DNA of 49,237 nt, taken from positions 1 to 49,237 of the forward strand of contig JBBSHH010000005.1 of assembly GCA_038253225.1 (NCBI GenBank). The letters are read 5' to 3'. Positions 1-14,864 of this stretch are shown here, in pieces (the first letter of the stretch is position 1; every line of letters begins with the position of its first letter). Origin of the DNA: Mycobacteriales bacterium. Its GTDB lineage: Bacteria > Actinomycetota > Actinomycetes > JALYNC01. The notes under the pieces are model-generated. The model searched no databases. It was not told where the DNA came from and was given only the letters and a program-made list of their open reading frames with translations. Position numbers and translations under genes: made by a program.

Positions 1-1
1 C

Positions 2-970
2 GCGACCGGCAAGACGGTGGACGTTGGCGAGGCGGTCGGCATCATCGCCGCCCAGTCGATCGGTGAGCCCGGCACCCAGCTGACCATGCGGACGTTCCAC
101 ACCGGCGGCATCGCCGGTGAGGACATCACGCATGGCCTGCCCCGGGTGGTCGAGCTGTTCGAGGCCCGGGTCCCCAAGGGCAAGGCCCCGATCACCGAGG
201 CCGCCGGCCGGGTGCGCATCGAGGAGACCGAGAAGTCCCGCAAGATCGTGGTGGTGCCGGACGACGGCAGCGAGGAGGTCGTCTACGACAAGATCCCGCG
301 CCGGTCCCGGCTCCGGGTCGGCGAGGGCGACCACGTCGAGGTGGGCGACAAGCTCACCGAGGGGGCGGTGGACCCGCACGAGGTGCTGCGCATCCTCGGC
401 CCACGGGCGGTCCAGCTGCACCTCGTCGACGAGGTGCAGGAGGTCTACCGGTCCCAGGGCGTGTCGATCCACGACAAGCACATCGAGACGATCATCAGGC
501 AGATGCTCAAGCGGGTGAACGTGCTCGAGGCCGGCGACGCGGACCTGCTCCCCGGTGAGCTCATCGAGCGGCCGCGGTTCGAGGCCGAGAACCGTCGGGT
601 GGTCGCCGAGGGCGGCACCCCGGCCTCCGCCCGGCCGGTGCTGATGGGGATCACCAAGGCCTCCCTCGCCACCGAGTCGTGGCTCTCCGCCGCCTCGTTC
701 CAGGAGACCACCCGGGTGCTCACCGACGCCGCGATCCACGCCCGCAGTGACTCGCTGCTCGGGCTGAAGGAGAACGTCATCATCGGCAAGCTGATCCCGG
801 CGGGTACCGGCATCAGCCGCTACCGCAACATCCGGGTCGAGCCGACCGAGGAGGCCAAGGCCGCGATGTACACGATGGCCGGGTACGACGACGCCGACTA
901 CGCGTTCGGCTCCGGCTCTGGCCAGGCGGTCCCGCTCGACGAGTACGACTACGGGCAGTTCAGCCGCTGA
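2..970 (+). CDS. rpoC: RNA polymerase beta' subunit, C-terminal part (5' truncated by window edge)
   Basis: Frame open from window start; [26 protein letters not shown] and [17 protein letters not shown] motifs. Confidence 0.99.
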   Translation, partial: ATGKTVDVGEAVGIIAAQSIGEPGTQLTMRTFHTGGIAGEDITHGLPRVVELFEARVPKGKAPITEAAGRVRIEETEKSRKIVVVPDDGSEEVVYDKIPRRSRLRVGEGDHVEVGDKLTEGAVDPHEVLRILGPRAVQLHLVDEVQEVYRSQGVSIHDKHIETIIRQMLKRVNVLEAGDADLLPGELIERPRFEAENRRVVAEGGTPASARPVLMGITKASLATESWLSAASFQETTRVLTDAAIHARSDSLLGLKENVIIGKLIPAGTGISRYRNIRVEPTEEAKAAMYTMAGYDDADYAFGSGSGQAVPLDEYDYGQFSR

Positions 971-985
971 GGCCGGCGGCTCCTT

Positions 986-1018
986 CGGGGTCGGTTCCCT
1001 GCTCGGGAACCGGCCCCG
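986..1018. terminator. GC-rich hairpin between convergent rpoC and mug, probable terminator without U-tract
   Basis: cggggtcggttccc-tgctc-gggaaccggccccg inverted repeat just after the rpoC stop. Confidence 0.6.
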
Positions 1019-1054
1019 TCGGCCGTCCCGCGCCGGTGCCGGGCGACCGCTCGC

Positions 1055-1606
1055 TCAGCCGGGGTAGGCGGCCCGGCGCAGCGCGGCGTACGCCGCGGTC
1101 AGCTCCGGCTGCTGGTAGTGCGCGTTGAGCCCGCTCGGGTTGGGCAGCAGCCAGACCCGGGCCGGCCCGAGCGGCTCCGGCTGCAGCCCGACCCCGGCGC
1201 GTCGGCGGGCGAACGCCTGCCGGTAGGCGGTCAGCCCCAGGAACGCGACGTAGGCCGGTCGGACCCGGTCCACCAGCGCGGTCAGCGGTGCCACCCCGTC
1301 CCGAACCTCGGCCGGGGTCAGCTCGTCGGCGCGGGCGGTGGACCGCGCCACGAGGTTGGTCACCCCCACGCCGGCGGCCAGCAGCTCGCCGGTCTCGCCC
1401 GGGTCCAGCCGGCGAGCGGTGAAGCCGGCCTGGTGCAGGGTGGTCCACAGCCGGTTCCCCGGCCGGGCGAAGTGCAGCCCGACCGCGCCGGACCACAACG
1501 ACGGGTTGATCCCGCACAGCAGCACCGGCAGCCCCGGCTCGACGAGGTCCGCGATGGTGGCTCCGTAGGCCGCGAGCAGATCGGCCCGGCTCGGCTGCCC
1601 GGTCAC
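1055..1606 (-). CDS. mug: G/U mismatch-specific DNA glycosylase (UDG family 2, Mug/TDG)
   Basis: CGINP, HFARPGNRLW, GVTNLV and LPNPSGLNAH motifs; GTG at 1606 preceded by GGAGG. Confidence 0.9.
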   Translation of the reverse strand: MTGQPSRADLLAAYGATIADLVEPGLPVLLCGINPSLWSGAVGLHFARPGNRLWTTLHQAGFTARRLDPGETGELLAAGVGVTNLVARSTARADELTPAEVRDGVAPLTALVDRVRPAYVAFLGLTAYRQAFARRRAGVGLQPEPLGPARVWLLPNPSGLNAHYQQPELTAAYAALRRAAYPG

Positions 1607-1690
1607 CCCGACCTCCCCGCCCCGCCGGCCTGACTGTGCTTCGCCCGACGGCCACCCAGTGTGGCCGGCCCGGACCGGAACACCCCAGCG

Positions 1691-1724
1691 CCCCAGCGGT
1701 GTTGGCTCCCCAGCGGTGTTGGCT
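1691..1724. repeat. 17-bp tandem duplication (ccccagcggtgttggct x2)
   Basis: Exact copies at 1691-1707 and 1708-1724, partial copy ccccagcg at 1683-1690. Confidence 0.9.
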
Positions 1725-1752
1725 CGGGCAGCGGCGGGCGCCGAAAGGTGTT

Positions 1753-1782
1753 TTGACCGTGTGCGGCGGGCTCGGGTAGCCT
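1753..1782 (+). promoter_or_regulatory. Housekeeping sigma promoter of the str operon
   Basis: TTGACC-N18-TAGCCT upstream of rpsL. Confidence 0.75.
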
Positions 1783-1977
1783 TCACCCGGTGCCCGGGGT
1801 GACCCGGGCCGTCCCGCGCGCCCGTGGGTGTACTCCCGGGGCCGTGGCGCACCTTCTCTTCGCTCGACCTGCAGTTCGGGGTGGAGCGCGGCCGGGCGAC
1901 ACACCCGACCGCGGGGGTGGGAGAATGCGGACAGTACGACCCCAGAGTTGCCGGTGCAGAGAGAAGACGGAGAAGCG

Positions 1978-2351
<374 letters not shown>

Positions 2352-2352
<1 letters not shown>

Positions 2353-2822
2353 TGCCCCGCAAAGGACCGGCACCGAAGCACCCCGTCGTCATCGACCCGG
2401 TGTACACCTCGCCGCTGGTGACCAGCCTGGTCAACAAGGTTCTGCTGCACGGCAAGCGCTCCATCGCCGAGCACATCGTCTACCACGCGCTCGAGGGGTG
2501 CCGGGCGAAGACCGGCAACGACCCGGTCATCACGCTCAAGCGGGCGCTCGACAACGTCAAGCCGACCCTCGAGGTGAAGAGTCGCCGGGTCGGCGGCGCT
2601 ACCTACCAGGTGCCGGTGGAGGTGCGGCCGCCGCGCGCCACCACGCTGGCGCTGCGCTGGCTGGTCAGCTACTCCCGCGCCCGGCGCGAGAAGACGATGA
2701 CCGAGCGGCTGATGAACGAGCTGCTCGATGCGAGTAATGGCCTCGGCGCCAGCGTCAAGCGGCGCGAGGACACCCACAAGATGGCCGAGTCCAACAAGGC
2801 CTTCGCCCACTACCGCTGGTAA
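2352..2822 (+). CDS. rpsG: 30S ribosomal protein S7
   Basis: [39 protein letters not shown]. Confidence 0.99.
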
Positions 2823-2859
2823 GCCCGAGACCCGGCGACCCGCGGACGAGAGACGAGAG

Positions 2860-4956
<2,097 letters not shown>

Positions 4957-5044
4957 GGCACCCGACCGGGTGACCAGCGCACCCACCACGTCCTGACACA
5001 CGTCGTACGGCGCACGACACCACAGTCCTGAGGAGGACAGACAA

Positions 5045-6238
<1,194 letters not shown>

Positions 6239-6247
6239 GACTGCCGC

Positions 6248-6288
6248 TAGGGCGGCGGCCGGGAGCCCGATCCCCGGCCGCCGCCCTA
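6248..6288. other. 16-bp perfect inverted repeat between tuf and rpsJ
   Basis: tagggcggcggccggg-N9-cccggccgccgcccta. Confidence 0.85.
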
Positions 6289-6344
6289 CGGCGGGACATC
6301 GCAGCATCGGCGGCACCGACGAACCAACAAAGGACCAACGACCC

Positions 6345-6653
6345 ATGGCGGGACAGAAGATCCGCATCCGGCTCAAGGCCTACGACCACGAGGTCATCGA
6401 CAGCTCGGCGCGCAAGATCGTCGACACGGTGACTCGCACGGGTGCGCACGTCGCGGGGCCGGTGCCGCTGCCGACCGAGAAGAACGTGTACTGCGTCATC
6501 CGCTCGCCGCACAAGTACAAGGACAGCCGCGAGCATTTCGAGATGCGCACCCACAAGCGACTGATCGACATCCTCGACCCGACGCCGAAGACGGTGGACT
6601 CGCTCATGCGGCTCGACCTGCCTGCCGGCGTCGACATCGAGATCAAGCTCTAA
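6345..6653 (+). CDS. rpsJ: 30S ribosomal protein S10
   Basis: [36 protein letters not shown]. Confidence 0.99.
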   Translation: MAGQKIRIRLKAYDHEVIDSSARKIVDTVTRTGAHVAGPVPLPTEKNVYCVIRSPHKYKDSREHFEMRTHKRLIDILDPTPKTVDSLMRLDLPAGVDIEIKL

Positions 6654-6668
6654 GGACCGCGAACCGTC

Positions 6669-7334
6669 ATGGCAAAGCAGATGCAGGGCGTCCTGGGCGA
6701 AAAGCTCGGCATGACCCAGGTCTTCGGCGAGGGCAACCGGATCGTCCCGGTCACCGTCGTCCAGGCCGGGCCGTGCGTCGTCACCCAGGTCCGGACCCCC
6801 GACAAGGACGGGTACTCCGCCGTCCAGCTGGCGTACGGCGCGATCGACCCCCGCAAGGTCACCAAGCCGCTCGCCGGTCACTACCGCGGCGCCGGGGTAC
6901 CGCCGCGCCGGCACCTCGTCGAGATCCGCACCCCCGCCGCGGCCGAGTACACCCTCGGCCAGGAGCTCACCGCCGAGGTGTTCGCGGCCGGCGCGAAGGT
7001 CGACGTCGTCGGCACGAGCAAGGGCAAGGGCTACGCCGGTGTCATGAAGCGGCACAACTTCAAGGGGCTGGGCGCCGGTCACGGCACCCAGCGCAAGCAC
7101 CGCTCACCCGGCTCGATCGGCGCCTGCGCCACGCCTTCGCGGGTGTTCAAGGGCACCCGGATGGCGGGGCGCCTCGGCGGCGAGCGGACCACGACGCTGA
7201 ACCTGCTCGTGCACGCGGTCGACGCCGAGCGTGGGCTGCTGCTCATCCGCGGCGCGATCCCCGGGCCCAACGGCGGCCTCGTCCTCGTCCGCACCGCCGT
7301 CAAGGGCGGCGTCACCACCGGAGCCGAGCAGTGA
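6669..7334 (+). CDS. rplC: 50S ribosomal protein L3
   Basis: [34 protein letters not shown]. Confidence 0.99.
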   Translation: MAKQMQGVLGEKLGMTQVFGEGNRIVPVTVVQAGPCVVTQVRTPDKDGYSAVQLAYGAIDPRKVTKPLAGHYRGAGVPPRRHLVEIRTPAAAEYTLGQELTAEVFAAGAKVDVVGTSKGKGYAGVMKRHNFKGLGAGHGTQRKHRSPGSIGACATPSRVFKGTRMAGRLGGERTTTLNLLVHAVDAERGLLLIRGAIPGPNGGLVLVRTAVKGGVTTGAEQ

Positions 7335-8224
7335 CCGCCGTCCCCGTCCGATCCCCGGAGGGCGAGCTGGCCCGCACGGTGGAGTTGCCTGACGACATCT
7401 TCGACGTCCAGGTCAACGTACCGCTGATGCACCAGGTCGTGGTGGCGCAGCTGGCCGCCGCTCGACGCGGGACCCACGACACAAAGAACCGGGGCGAGGT
7501 GTCCGGCGGCGGCAAGAAGCCCTACCGTCAGAAGGGCACCGGCCGGGCCCGGCAGGGCTCGATCCGGGCACCGCAGTTCGCCGGCGGTGGCGTCGTCCAC
7601 GGCCCCACGCCGCGCAGCTACGAGCAGAAGACCCCGAAGAAGATGAAGGCCGCAGCGCTGCGCGGGGCGTTGTCCGACCGGGCCCGTGACGGCCGCGTCC
7701 ACGTCGTCGCCGGGCTGGCGACCGGCGCGGTGCCCTCGACCAAGGCGGCGATCGCGGTCCTGGCCGGGCTCACCGACCGCCGGCACGTGCTGGTCGTCGC
7801 GGAGCGGCACGACGAGCTGACGTGGAAGGGCCTGCGCAACGCCGCCGGCGTGCACCTGATCGCACCCGGACAGCTCAACACCTACGACGTGCTGGTCAGC
7901 GACGACGTGGTGTTCACCGAGGACGCGCTCGCGCAGTTCCTCGCCGGGCCGCGGCGCGGCGGCCGCGGCGCCGGCGTCGCGCGGGAGGGTGAGCTCGGCG
8001 AGCTCGCTGAGCTCGACGGCGCCGGGCTCGACGGCGCCGGGCTCGACGGCGCCGGGTTCGACGACGCTGCCGAAGTCGAGACCGCACCGGCGACCGACGC
8101 CGGGATCACCACCCCGGCCGGTGCCGGCGTCTCCACCGTGGAGATGGCCGACGAGGTGCTCGCCGAGACCGACCGCAACCTGCTGGTCGAGCCGGCGGAC
8201 GAGGCTGAGGGAGAGAGCCCGTGA
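7331..8224 (+). CDS. rplD: 50S ribosomal protein L4 with acidic C-terminal extension
   Basis: GTGA overlap with rplC; [28 protein letters not shown]. Confidence 0.97.
   Translation: MTAVPVRSPEGELARTVELPDDIFDVQVNVPLMHQVVVAQLAAARRGTHDTKNRGEVSGGGKKPYRQKGTGRARQGSIRAPQFAGGGVVHGPTPRSYEQKTPKKMKAAALRGALSDRARDGRVHVVAGLATGAVPSTKAAIAVLAGLTDRRHVLVVAERHDELTWKGLRNAAGVHLIAPGQLNTYDVLVSDDVVFTEDALAQFLAGPRRGGRGAGVAREGELGELAELDGAGLDGAGLDGAGFDDAAEVETAPATDAGITTPAGAGVSTVEMADEVLAETDRNLLVEPADEAEGESP
8011..8070 (+). repeat. 15-bp in-frame tandem repeat in rplD tail (LDGAG x3 plus one degenerate copy)
   Basis: gctcgacggcgccgg at 8011, 8026, 8041; gttcgacgacgctgc at 8056. Confidence 0.9.
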
Positions 8225-8517
8225 TCCCCGACCCGCGCGACGTGCTGCTGCGACCGGTCATCTCGGAGAAGAGCTACGGCCTGCTCGACGAGAACAAGTA
8301 CACGTTCCTCGTCGCGCCGGACGCCAACAAGACCCAGATCAAGATCGCTGTCGAGCAGGTGTTCAACGTCAAGGTCACCTCGGTGAACACCGCCAACCGC
8401 GCAGGCAAGCGCAAGCGCGCCCGGTCCGGGTTCGGCCGCCGCATCGACACCAAACGGGCGATCGTGAGCCTGGTGGACGGCGACCGCATCGACATCTTCG
8501 GAGGTCCGGTCAGCTGA
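8221..8517 (+). CDS. rplW: 50S ribosomal protein L23
   Basis: [22 protein letters not shown]; S10 operon position. Confidence 0.98.
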   Translation: MIPDPRDVLLRPVISEKSYGLLDENKYTFLVAPDANKTQIKIAVEQVFNVKVTSVNTANRAGKRKRARSGFGRRIDTKRAIVSLVDGDRIDIFGGPVS

Positions 8518-8541
8518 CCGGGCTAAGGGACTGATACAGAC

Positions 8542-9375
8542 ATGGGCATCCGCAAGTACAAGCCGACGACCCCGGGTCGTCGTGGCTCGAGCGTCGCCGA
8601 CTTCGTCGAGATCACCCGCGACGTGCCGGAGAAGTCACTCGTCCGACCGGTGCACGGCAAGGGCGGCCGCAACGTCCACGGCCGGGTCACCGCACGCCAC
8701 CAGGGCGGCGGACACAAGCGCGCGTACCGGCTCATCGACTTCCGCCGTGGTGACAAGGACGGCGTGCCGGCCAAGGTCGCACACATCGAGTACGACCCGA
8801 ACCGCACCGCCCGCATCGCGCTGCTGCACTACGCCGACGGCGAGAAGCGCTACATCGTGGCGCCGTCGCGACTGCGCCAGGGCGACACGGTCGAGGCCGG
8901 TCCGTCGAGCGACATCAAGCCCGGTAACGCGCTGCCGCTGCGCAACATCCCGGTGGGCACCGTCGTGCACGCGATCGAGCTGCGCCCCGGCGGCGGCGCG
9001 AAGATCGCCCGCTCGGCGGGCTCGTCGGTGCAGCTGGTGGCGAAGGACGGCCCGTACGCCCAGCTGCGGATGCCCTCCGGCGAGATCCGCAACGTCGACG
9101 TCCGCTGTCGGGCGACGATCGGGGAGGTCGGCAACGCCGAGCAGTCCAACATCAACTGGGGCAAGGCCGGCCGGATGCGGTGGAAGGGTCGCCGGCCCAC
9201 CGTCCGCGGTGTGGCGATGAATCCGATCGACCACCCCCACGGCGGCGGCGAGGGCAAGACCTCCGGCGGCCGGCACCCGACCAGCCCGTGGGGACAGCCG
9301 GAGGGTCGAACCCGCAGGTCGAAGGCCAGCGACGCGCTGATCGTGCGGCGCCGACGGACGAACAAGAAGCGCTAG
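8542..9375 (+). CDS. rplB: 50S ribosomal protein L2
   Basis: [31 protein letters not shown]. Confidence 0.99.
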   Translation: MGIRKYKPTTPGRRGSSVADFVEITRDVPEKSLVRPVHGKGGRNVHGRVTARHQGGGHKRAYRLIDFRRGDKDGVPAKVAHIEYDPNRTARIALLHYADGEKRYIVAPSRLRQGDTVEAGPSSDIKPGNALPLRNIPVGTVVHAIELRPGGGAKIARSAGSSVQLVAKDGPYAQLRMPSGEIRNVDVRCRATIGEVGNAEQSNINWGKAGRMRWKGRRPTVRGVAMNPIDHPHGGGEGKTSGGRHPTSPWGQPEGRTRRSKASDALIVRRRRTNKKR

Positions 9376-9388
9376 GAGCAACAGCGAC

Positions 9389-9670
9389 ATGCCACGCAGT
9401 GTGAAGAAGGGTCCGTTCGTCGACGACCACCTGCAAAAGAAGGTGGACGTCCAGAACGACCGGGGAACCAAGAACGTGATCAAGACCTGGTCGCGACGAT
9501 CGATGGTGGTCCCGACGATGTTGGGCCACACCATCGCGGTCCATGACGGACGAAAGCACGTCCCGGTGTTCGTCACCGAGGGCATGGTCGGGCACAAGCT
9601 GGGCGAGTTCGCCCCGACCCGAACGTTCCGCGGGCACGTCAAGGACGAGCGGAGGGCGCGCCGTGGCTGA
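9389..9670 (+). CDS. rpsS: 30S ribosomal protein S19
   Basis: [27 protein letters not shown]. Confidence 0.99.
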   Translation: MPRSVKKGPFVDDHLQKKVDVQNDRGTKNVIKTWSRRSMVVPTMLGHTIAVHDGRKHVPVFVTEGMVGHKLGEFAPTRTFRGHVKDERRARRG

Positions 9671-10094
9671 CCGGACCGTCGACCCGGCCAGCGCCGCGGG
9701 CGCGCGGGCCAGCGCCCGCTACGTCCGGGTGTCGCCACGCAAGGCCCGCCGGGTCATCGACCTCATCCGCGGGCTGCCCGCAGGCCAGGCGCTGGCCGTC
9801 CTGCAGTTCGCGCCGCAGGCCGCCAGCGAGCCGGTGTACAAGGTGCTCGAGAGCGCGCTGGCCAACGCGGAGCACAACGAGCGGCTCGACCGCGACCGGC
9901 TCTGGGTCAGCGAGGCCTACGTCGACGAGGGCCCGACGCTCAAGCGGTTCCGGCCGCGGGCGCAGGGCCGCGCGTACCGGATCCGCAAGCGCACCAGCCA
10001 TATCACCGTCGCCGTCGAGTCCCGGACGCCGAGCCCGGGCACCGCCCGGGCCGGCACCCCGCGCACCACCTCATCGAAGGGAAGGACCCGCTAG
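9663..10094 (+). CDS. rplV: 50S ribosomal protein L22
   Basis: [35 protein letters not shown]; GTG at 9663. Confidence 0.97.
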   Translation: MADRTVDPASAAGARASARYVRVSPRKARRVIDLIRGLPAGQALAVLQFAPQAASEPVYKVLESALANAEHNERLDRDRLWVSEAYVDEGPTLKRFRPRAQGRAYRIRKRTSHITVAVESRTPSPGTARAGTPRTTSSKGRTR

Positions 10095-10918
10095 TGGGCC
10101 AGAAGGTCAACCCGCACGGGTTCCGGCTCGGGATCACCACCGAGTGGAAGTCCCGCTGGTACGCGGACAAGTTGTACAAGGACTACGTCAAGGAAGACGT
10201 GGCTATCCGGCGCATGATGAGCAAGGGCATGGAGCGCGCGGGCATCAGCCGGGTCGACATCGAGCGGACCCGCGACCGGGTCCGGGTCGACATTCACACC
10301 GCTCGGCCGGGCATCGTGATCGGCCGGCGGGGCGCCGAGGCGGACCGCATCCGTGGCGACCTCGAGAAGCTCACCAGCAAGCAGGTGCAGTTGAACATCC
10401 TCGAGGTGAAGAATCCGGAGAGTGACGCGCAGCTGGTCGCGCAGGGCGTGGCCGAGCAGCTGTCGTCACGGGTCTCGTTCCGCCGGGCGATGCGCAAGGC
10501 CATGCAGACCGCCATGAAGAGCGGCACGGTGAAGGGTATCCGGGTGCAGTGCGCCGGCCGCCTCGGCGGCGCGGAGATGTCCCGGTCGGAGTTCTACCGC
10601 GAGGGTCGGGTGCCGCTGCACACGCTGCGGGCCAACATCGACTACGGCCAGTACGAGGCTCGGACCACCTTCGGCCGGATCGGCGTGAAGGTCTGGATCT
10701 ACAAGGGCGACATCGTGCAGAGCCGGACCGAGCGCGAGGCGCAGCAGCAGGCGCTGCGCTCGGCCCAGGCGGCGCGGGTCCGGCCGACCCGTGGCCCGCG
10801 GCGCACCGGCGGCCGGGACGTGGCCGCTCCGGCGGCTCCGGCCGCTCCGGCCGAGGCACCGGCGCCGCCGGCGGTCGAGGCAGCGACCGGACCGGCCGAG
10901 ACGGGAACGGGGAGCTGA
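10094..10918 (+). CDS. rpsC: 30S ribosomal protein S3
   Basis: [26 protein letters not shown]; Ala/Pro-rich tail. Confidence 0.99.
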   Translation: MGQKVNPHGFRLGITTEWKSRWYADKLYKDYVKEDVAIRRMMSKGMERAGISRVDIERTRDRVRVDIHTARPGIVIGRRGAEADRIRGDLEKLTSKQVQLNILEVKNPESDAQLVAQGVAEQLSSRVSFRRAMRKAMQTAMKSGTVKGIRVQCAGRLGGAEMSRSEFYREGRVPLHTLRANIDYGQYEARTTFGRIGVKVWIYKGDIVQSRTEREAQQQALRSAQAARVRPTRGPRRTGGRDVAAPAAPAAPAEAPAPPAVEAATGPAETGTGS

Positions 10919-10919
10919 C

Positions 10920-11339
10920 ATGCTCATTCCGCGCAGGGTCAAGCACCGCAAGCAGCACCACCCGGAACGCTCCGGCGCCGCCAAGGGCGGCACCCGGGTG
11001 ACCTTCGGCGAGTTCGGCATCCAGGCGCTGGAGCCGGCGTACGTCACGAACCGTCAGATCGAGTCGGCTCGGATCGCCATGACCCGGCACATCCGGCGTG
11101 GTGGCAAGGTCTGGATCAACATCTACCCGGACCGGCCGCTGACCAAGAAGCCGGCCGAGACCCGGATGGGCTCCGGCAAGGGCTCGCCCGAGTGGTGGAT
11201 CGCCAACGTCAAGCCGGGCCGAGTGATGTTCGAGCTCGCCGGCGTGCCGGAGTCGGTCGCCCAGGAGGCGCTGCGCCGGGCGATGCACAAGCTTCCGATG
11301 AAGTGCCGGTTCGTCCGGCGTGAGGTGGGTGAGGCCTGA
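10920..11339 (+). CDS. rplP: 50S ribosomal protein L16
   Basis: [27 protein letters not shown]. Confidence 0.99.
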   Translation: MLIPRRVKHRKQHHPERSGAAKGGTRVTFGEFGIQALEPAYVTNRQIESARIAMTRHIRRGGKVWINIYPDRPLTKKPAETRMGSGKGSPEWWIANVKPGRVMFELAGVPESVAQEALRRAMHKLPMKCRFVRREVGEA

Positions 11340-11587
11340 TGGCAGCGACGACGGAGAGCCCGAACGCGGCGGGGAACCTGCGCGCGCTGGCCGACGACGA
11401 GCTCGTCACCCGGTTGCGGGAGTCCAAGGAAGAGCTGTTCAACCTGCGCTTCCAGTCGGCCACCGGGCAGCTCGACAACAACCGCCGGCTGCACCTGGTG
11501 CGCCGGGACATCGCCCGTATCTACACCGTGATGCGCGAGCGCGAGCTCGGGATCGGGCCCGAGACACCGGCCGGAGATGACCAGTGA
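11339..11587 (+). CDS. rpmC: 50S ribosomal protein L29
   Basis: [31 protein letters not shown]. Confidence 0.98.
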   Translation: MAATTESPNAAGNLRALADDELVTRLRESKEELFNLRFQSATGQLDNNRRLHLVRRDIARIYTVMRERELGIGPETPAGDDQ

Positions 11588-11904
11588 GCGAGACCAGCGA
11601 GCAGACCGCCGAGCCGACCACCAGCCCGCGGAGGGCCGCGGAGTCCACCGCCAAGCGGGGTTTCCGCAAGACCCGGGAGGGCCTGGTGGTAGGCGACAAG
11701 ATGGACAAGACGGTCGTCGTCGCGGTCGAGGACCGGGTGCAGCACCCGCTCTACGGCAAGACGATCCGGCGGACCAGCAAGCTCAAGGCCCATGACGAGA
11801 CGAACAGCTGCGGCACCGGTGACCGGGTGCTCCTGATGGAGACCCGGCCGCTGTCGGCCACCAAGCGCTGGCGGGTCGTCGAGATCCTCGAAAAGGCGAA
11901 GTAG
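11584..11904 (+). CDS. rpsQ: 30S ribosomal protein S17
   Basis: [27 protein letters not shown]. Confidence 0.98.
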   Translation: MSETSEQTAEPTTSPRRAAESTAKRGFRKTREGLVVGDKMDKTVVVAVEDRVQHPLYGKTIRRTSKLKAHDETNSCGTGDRVLLMETRPLSATKRWRVVEILEKAK

Positions 11905-11912
11905 GGGTTGAC

Positions 11913-12281
11913 GTGATCCAGCAGGAGTCGCGACTGCGAGTCGCGGACAACACCGGCGCGAAGGAGCTGCTGTGCATCCGCGTGCTCGGTGGCTCCGGTC
12001 GGCGCTATGCGGGGATCGGTGACGTCATCGTCGGTACCGTCAAGGACGCGCTGCCCGGCGCCGCGGTCAAGAAGGGCGACGTCGTCAAGGCGGTGGTCGT
12101 GCGTACCAGCAAGGAGCGCCGCCGGCCGGACGGCTCGTACATCCGCTTCGACGAGAACGCCGCCGTTCTGATCCGCGACGGCGGAGACCCGCGCGGCACC
12201 CGCATCTTCGGCCCGGTCGGTCGGGAGCTGCGGGACAAGCGGTTCATGCGGATCATCTCACTCGCACCGGAGGTGCTCTGA
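11913..12281 (+). CDS. rplN: 50S ribosomal protein L14
   Basis: [35 protein letters not shown]. Confidence 0.99.
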   Translation: MIQQESRLRVADNTGAKELLCIRVLGGSGRRYAGIGDVIVGTVKDALPGAAVKKGDVVKAVVVRTSKERRRPDGSYIRFDENAAVLIRDGGDPRGTRIFGPVGRELRDKRFMRIISLAPEVL

Positions 12282-12282
12282 C

Positions 12283-12603
12283 ATGGCGAACATCCGCAAG
12301 GGCGACACCGTCCAGGTCATCAGCGGCAAGGACCGCGGGGTCAAGGGCAAGGTCATCTCGGCCATGCCCAGGGCCGAGCGGTTGCTGGTCGAGGGCGTCA
12401 ACCGGATGCGCAAGCACACCAAGATCACCACAACGCAGCGCGGGGCGCAGTCTGGCGGGATCGTCACCCAGGAGGCGCCGATCCACGTCAGCAACGTGAT
12501 GGTGGTCTGCCCCCACTGCAACAAGCCGTCGCGGATCGGCCACCGCAAGGACGACGAAGGTCGCTCCGTGCGCATCTGCCGCCGTTGCAGCGGCGACATC
12601 TGA
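12283..12603 (+). CDS. rplX: 50S ribosomal protein L24
   Basis: [16 protein letters not shown] (KOW), EAPIHVSNV; CPHC and CRRC pairs. Confidence 0.98.
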   Translation: MANIRKGDTVQVISGKDRGVKGKVISAMPRAERLLVEGVNRMRKHTKITTTQRGAQSGGIVTQEAPIHVSNVMVVCPHCNKPSRIGHRKDDEGRSVRICRRCSGDI

Positions 12604-12614
12604 GGAGCGGAACT

Positions 12615-13202
12615 GTGTCCACGACCACCGAAGCCGGGCCCGGCGCCGCCGAGCGGCAGGCGCCTCGGCTGCAGGCCCGCTACCGCGGGCAGATCGTGCC
12701 CGCGCTGCGCGAGCAGTTCGGCTACCGCAACGTCATGCAGGTGCCGACGTTGACCAAGGTCGTCGTCAACATGGGTGTCGGCGAGGCCGCCCGGGACGCC
12801 AAGCTGATCGACGGCGCCGTCCGCGACCTCACCGCGATCAGTGGGCAGAAGCCGACGGTCCGCCGGGCGACGAAGTCCATCGCCCAGTTCAAGCTGCGTG
12901 AGGGCATGCCCATCGGGGTGAAGGTGACCTTGCGCAACGCGCGGATGTGGGAGTTCGTCGACCGGCTGCTCGCGGTCGCCCTGCCCCGCATCCGTGACTT
13001 CCGCGGGCTCTCGCCGCAGCAGTTCGACGGCAACGGCAACTACACGTTCGGTCTCAACGAGCAGTCGATGTTCCACGAGATCGACCAGGACCGGATCGAC
13101 CGCGTGCGTGGCATGGACATCACGCTCGTCACCACCGCCCGCACCGACGACGAGGGACGCGCGTTGCTGCGCCAGCTCGGCTTCCCGTTCAAGGAGTCCT
13201 GA
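12615..13202 (+). CDS. rplE: 50S ribosomal protein L5
   Basis: [30 protein letters not shown]; GTG after GAGGAG. Confidence 0.98.
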   Translation: MSTTTEAGPGAAERQAPRLQARYRGQIVPALREQFGYRNVMQVPTLTKVVVNMGVGEAARDAKLIDGAVRDLTAISGQKPTVRRATKSIAQFKLREGMPIGVKVTLRNARMWEFVDRLLAVALPRIRDFRGLSPQQFDGNGNYTFGLNEQSMFHEIDQDRIDRVRGMDITLVTTARTDDEGRALLRQLGFPFKES

Positions 13203-13205
13203 CCC

Positions 13206-13391
13206 ATGGCGAAGAAGGCCCTGGTCAACAAGGCCGCTGCGAAGCCCAAGTTCAAGGTCCGCGGCTACACCCGCTGCCAGCGCTGCGGGCGGCCGCGGGC
13301 GGTGTACCGGGTGTTCGGCCTGTGCCGCATCTGCGTCCGCCAGATGGCGCACGCCGGCGAGCTGCCCGGCGTGACCAAGAGCTCCTGGTAA
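13206..13391 (+). CDS. rpsZ: 30S ribosomal protein S14, short Zn-binding (type Z) form
   Basis: 61 aa; RCQRCGR and LCRIC. Confidence 0.97.
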   Translation: MAKKALVNKAAAKPKFKVRGYTRCQRCGRPRAVYRVFGLCRICVRQMAHAGELPGVTKSSW

Positions 13392-13452
13392 CCACCACTT
13401 CGCCGTAGGCCTGCGGGTTCGGAACCGCGGCGGGAGAGAACCGAGTGACACG

Positions 13453-13863
13453 ATGACCATGACCGACCCGATCGCCGACATGCTCACCCGTCTGCGCAAC
13501 GCCAACTCCGCATACCACGACACCGTGCGGATGCCGCACAGCAAGATCAAGACTCATATTGCCGAAATCCTCCAGCAGGAGGGCTACGTCGCCGGCTGGC
13601 GGGTCGAGGACGCCGCCGAGACCGGCGGCGTGGGCTCCGAGCTCGTCGTGGACCTCAAGTACGGGCCGAACCGCGAGCGGACCATCGCCGGGGTCCGGCG
13701 CATCTCCAAGCCGGGCCTGCGGGTCTACGCGAAGGCAACCAACCTGCCCCGGGTTCTCGGCGGCCTCGGAGTGGCGATCATCTCGACGTCCTCGGGGCTG
13801 CTCACGGACCGGCAGGCCACCAAGCGCGGCGTGGGCGGCGAAGTCCTCGCCTACGTCTGGTAA
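13453..13863 (+). CDS. rpsH: 30S ribosomal protein S8
   Basis: [35 protein letters not shown]. Confidence 0.99.
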   Translation: MTMTDPIADMLTRLRNANSAYHDTVRMPHSKIKTHIAEILQQEGYVAGWRVEDAAETGGVGSELVVDLKYGPNRERTIAGVRRISKPGLRVYAKATNLPRVLGGLGVAIISTSSGLLTDRQATKRGVGGEVLAYVW

Positions 13864-13880
13864 CGGGAGAGGAGACGAGC

Positions 13881-14420
13881 ATGTCGCGTATCGGACGGCT
13901 ACCCATCCCGGTTCCCAGCGGGGTGCAGGTCGACATCGCTGACCGACTGGTCACGGTGACCGGGCCCAAGGGCACCCTCTCGCACACCGTCGCGGCCCCG
14001 ATCAGCATCGAGCGGGCCGAGGACGGCACGCTCTCGGTGACCCGCCCCGATGACGAGGGACGCAACCGGGCGCTGCACGGGCTATCGCGCAGCCTGGTGG
14101 CCAACATGGTCACCGGCGTCACCGACGGCTACAGCAAGACGCTCGAGATCGTCGGGGTCGGCTACCGGGTGCAGGCGCGGGGAAGTGACCTCGAGTTCGC
14201 GCTCGGGTTCAGTCACCCGGTCCACATCCCGGCCCCGGCCGGCATCCGCTTCGAGGTGCAGACCCCGACCCGGCTCGTGGTCAGCGGGATCGACAAGCAG
14301 CAGGTCGGCGAGGTCGCCGCGACGCTGCGCAAGCTGCGCAAGCCCGACCCGTACAAGGGCAAGGGCGTGCGTTACCAGGGCGAGGTCGTGCGCCGCAAGG
14401 TCGGGAAGGCGGGCAAGTAG
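13881..14420 (+). CDS. rplF: 50S ribosomal protein L6
   Basis: [25 protein letters not shown]. Confidence 0.99.
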   Translation: MSRIGRLPIPVPSGVQVDIADRLVTVTGPKGTLSHTVAAPISIERAEDGTLSVTRPDDEGRNRALHGLSRSLVANMVTGVTDGYSKTLEIVGVGYRVQARGSDLEFALGFSHPVHIPAPAGIRFEVQTPTRLVVSGIDKQQVGEVAATLRKLRKPDPYKGKGVRYQGEVVRRKVGKAGK

Positions 14421-14422
14421 GC

Positions 14423-14812
14423 ATGGCGTCGAGAACAGGATCGGTCCCAACCAACACCTCCGCGGCGCGGCGGATCGCCCGCGCCCGTCGTCACTTCCGG
14501 GTCCGCAAGAAGGTCGCCGGTACCCCCGACCGGCCGCGGCTGGTCGTCACCCGCTCCGCCCGGCACATCTCGGCGCAGGTCGTCGACGACCTGGCCGGGG
14601 CTACCCTGGTGGCGGCGTCCTCGCTGGACGCGTCGGTCCGCGACGCTGCCGGTGACAAGAAGGCCCGCTCCGGGGTCGTCGGACGGTTGCTCGCCGAGCG
14701 GGCCGCCGCCGCCGGCATCACCGCCGTGGTCTTCGACCGTGGCGGAAACCGCTACACCGGCCGGATCGCCGCGTTGGCCGATGCGGCCCGCGAGGGCGGC
14801 CTGGACTTCTGA
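14423..14812 (+). CDS. rplR: 50S ribosomal protein L18
   Basis: [25 protein letters not shown]. Confidence 0.98.
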   Translation: MASRTGSVPTNTSAARRIARARRHFRVRKKVAGTPDRPRLVVTRSARHISAQVVDDLAGATLVAASSLDASVRDAAGDKKARSGVVGRLLAERAAAAGITAVVFDRGGNRYTGRIAALADAAREGGLDF

Positions 14813-14864
14813 TGCACCGGATCGCCACGCAGCACCGACACCGCAACGAGAGAAGGAACGTCTG

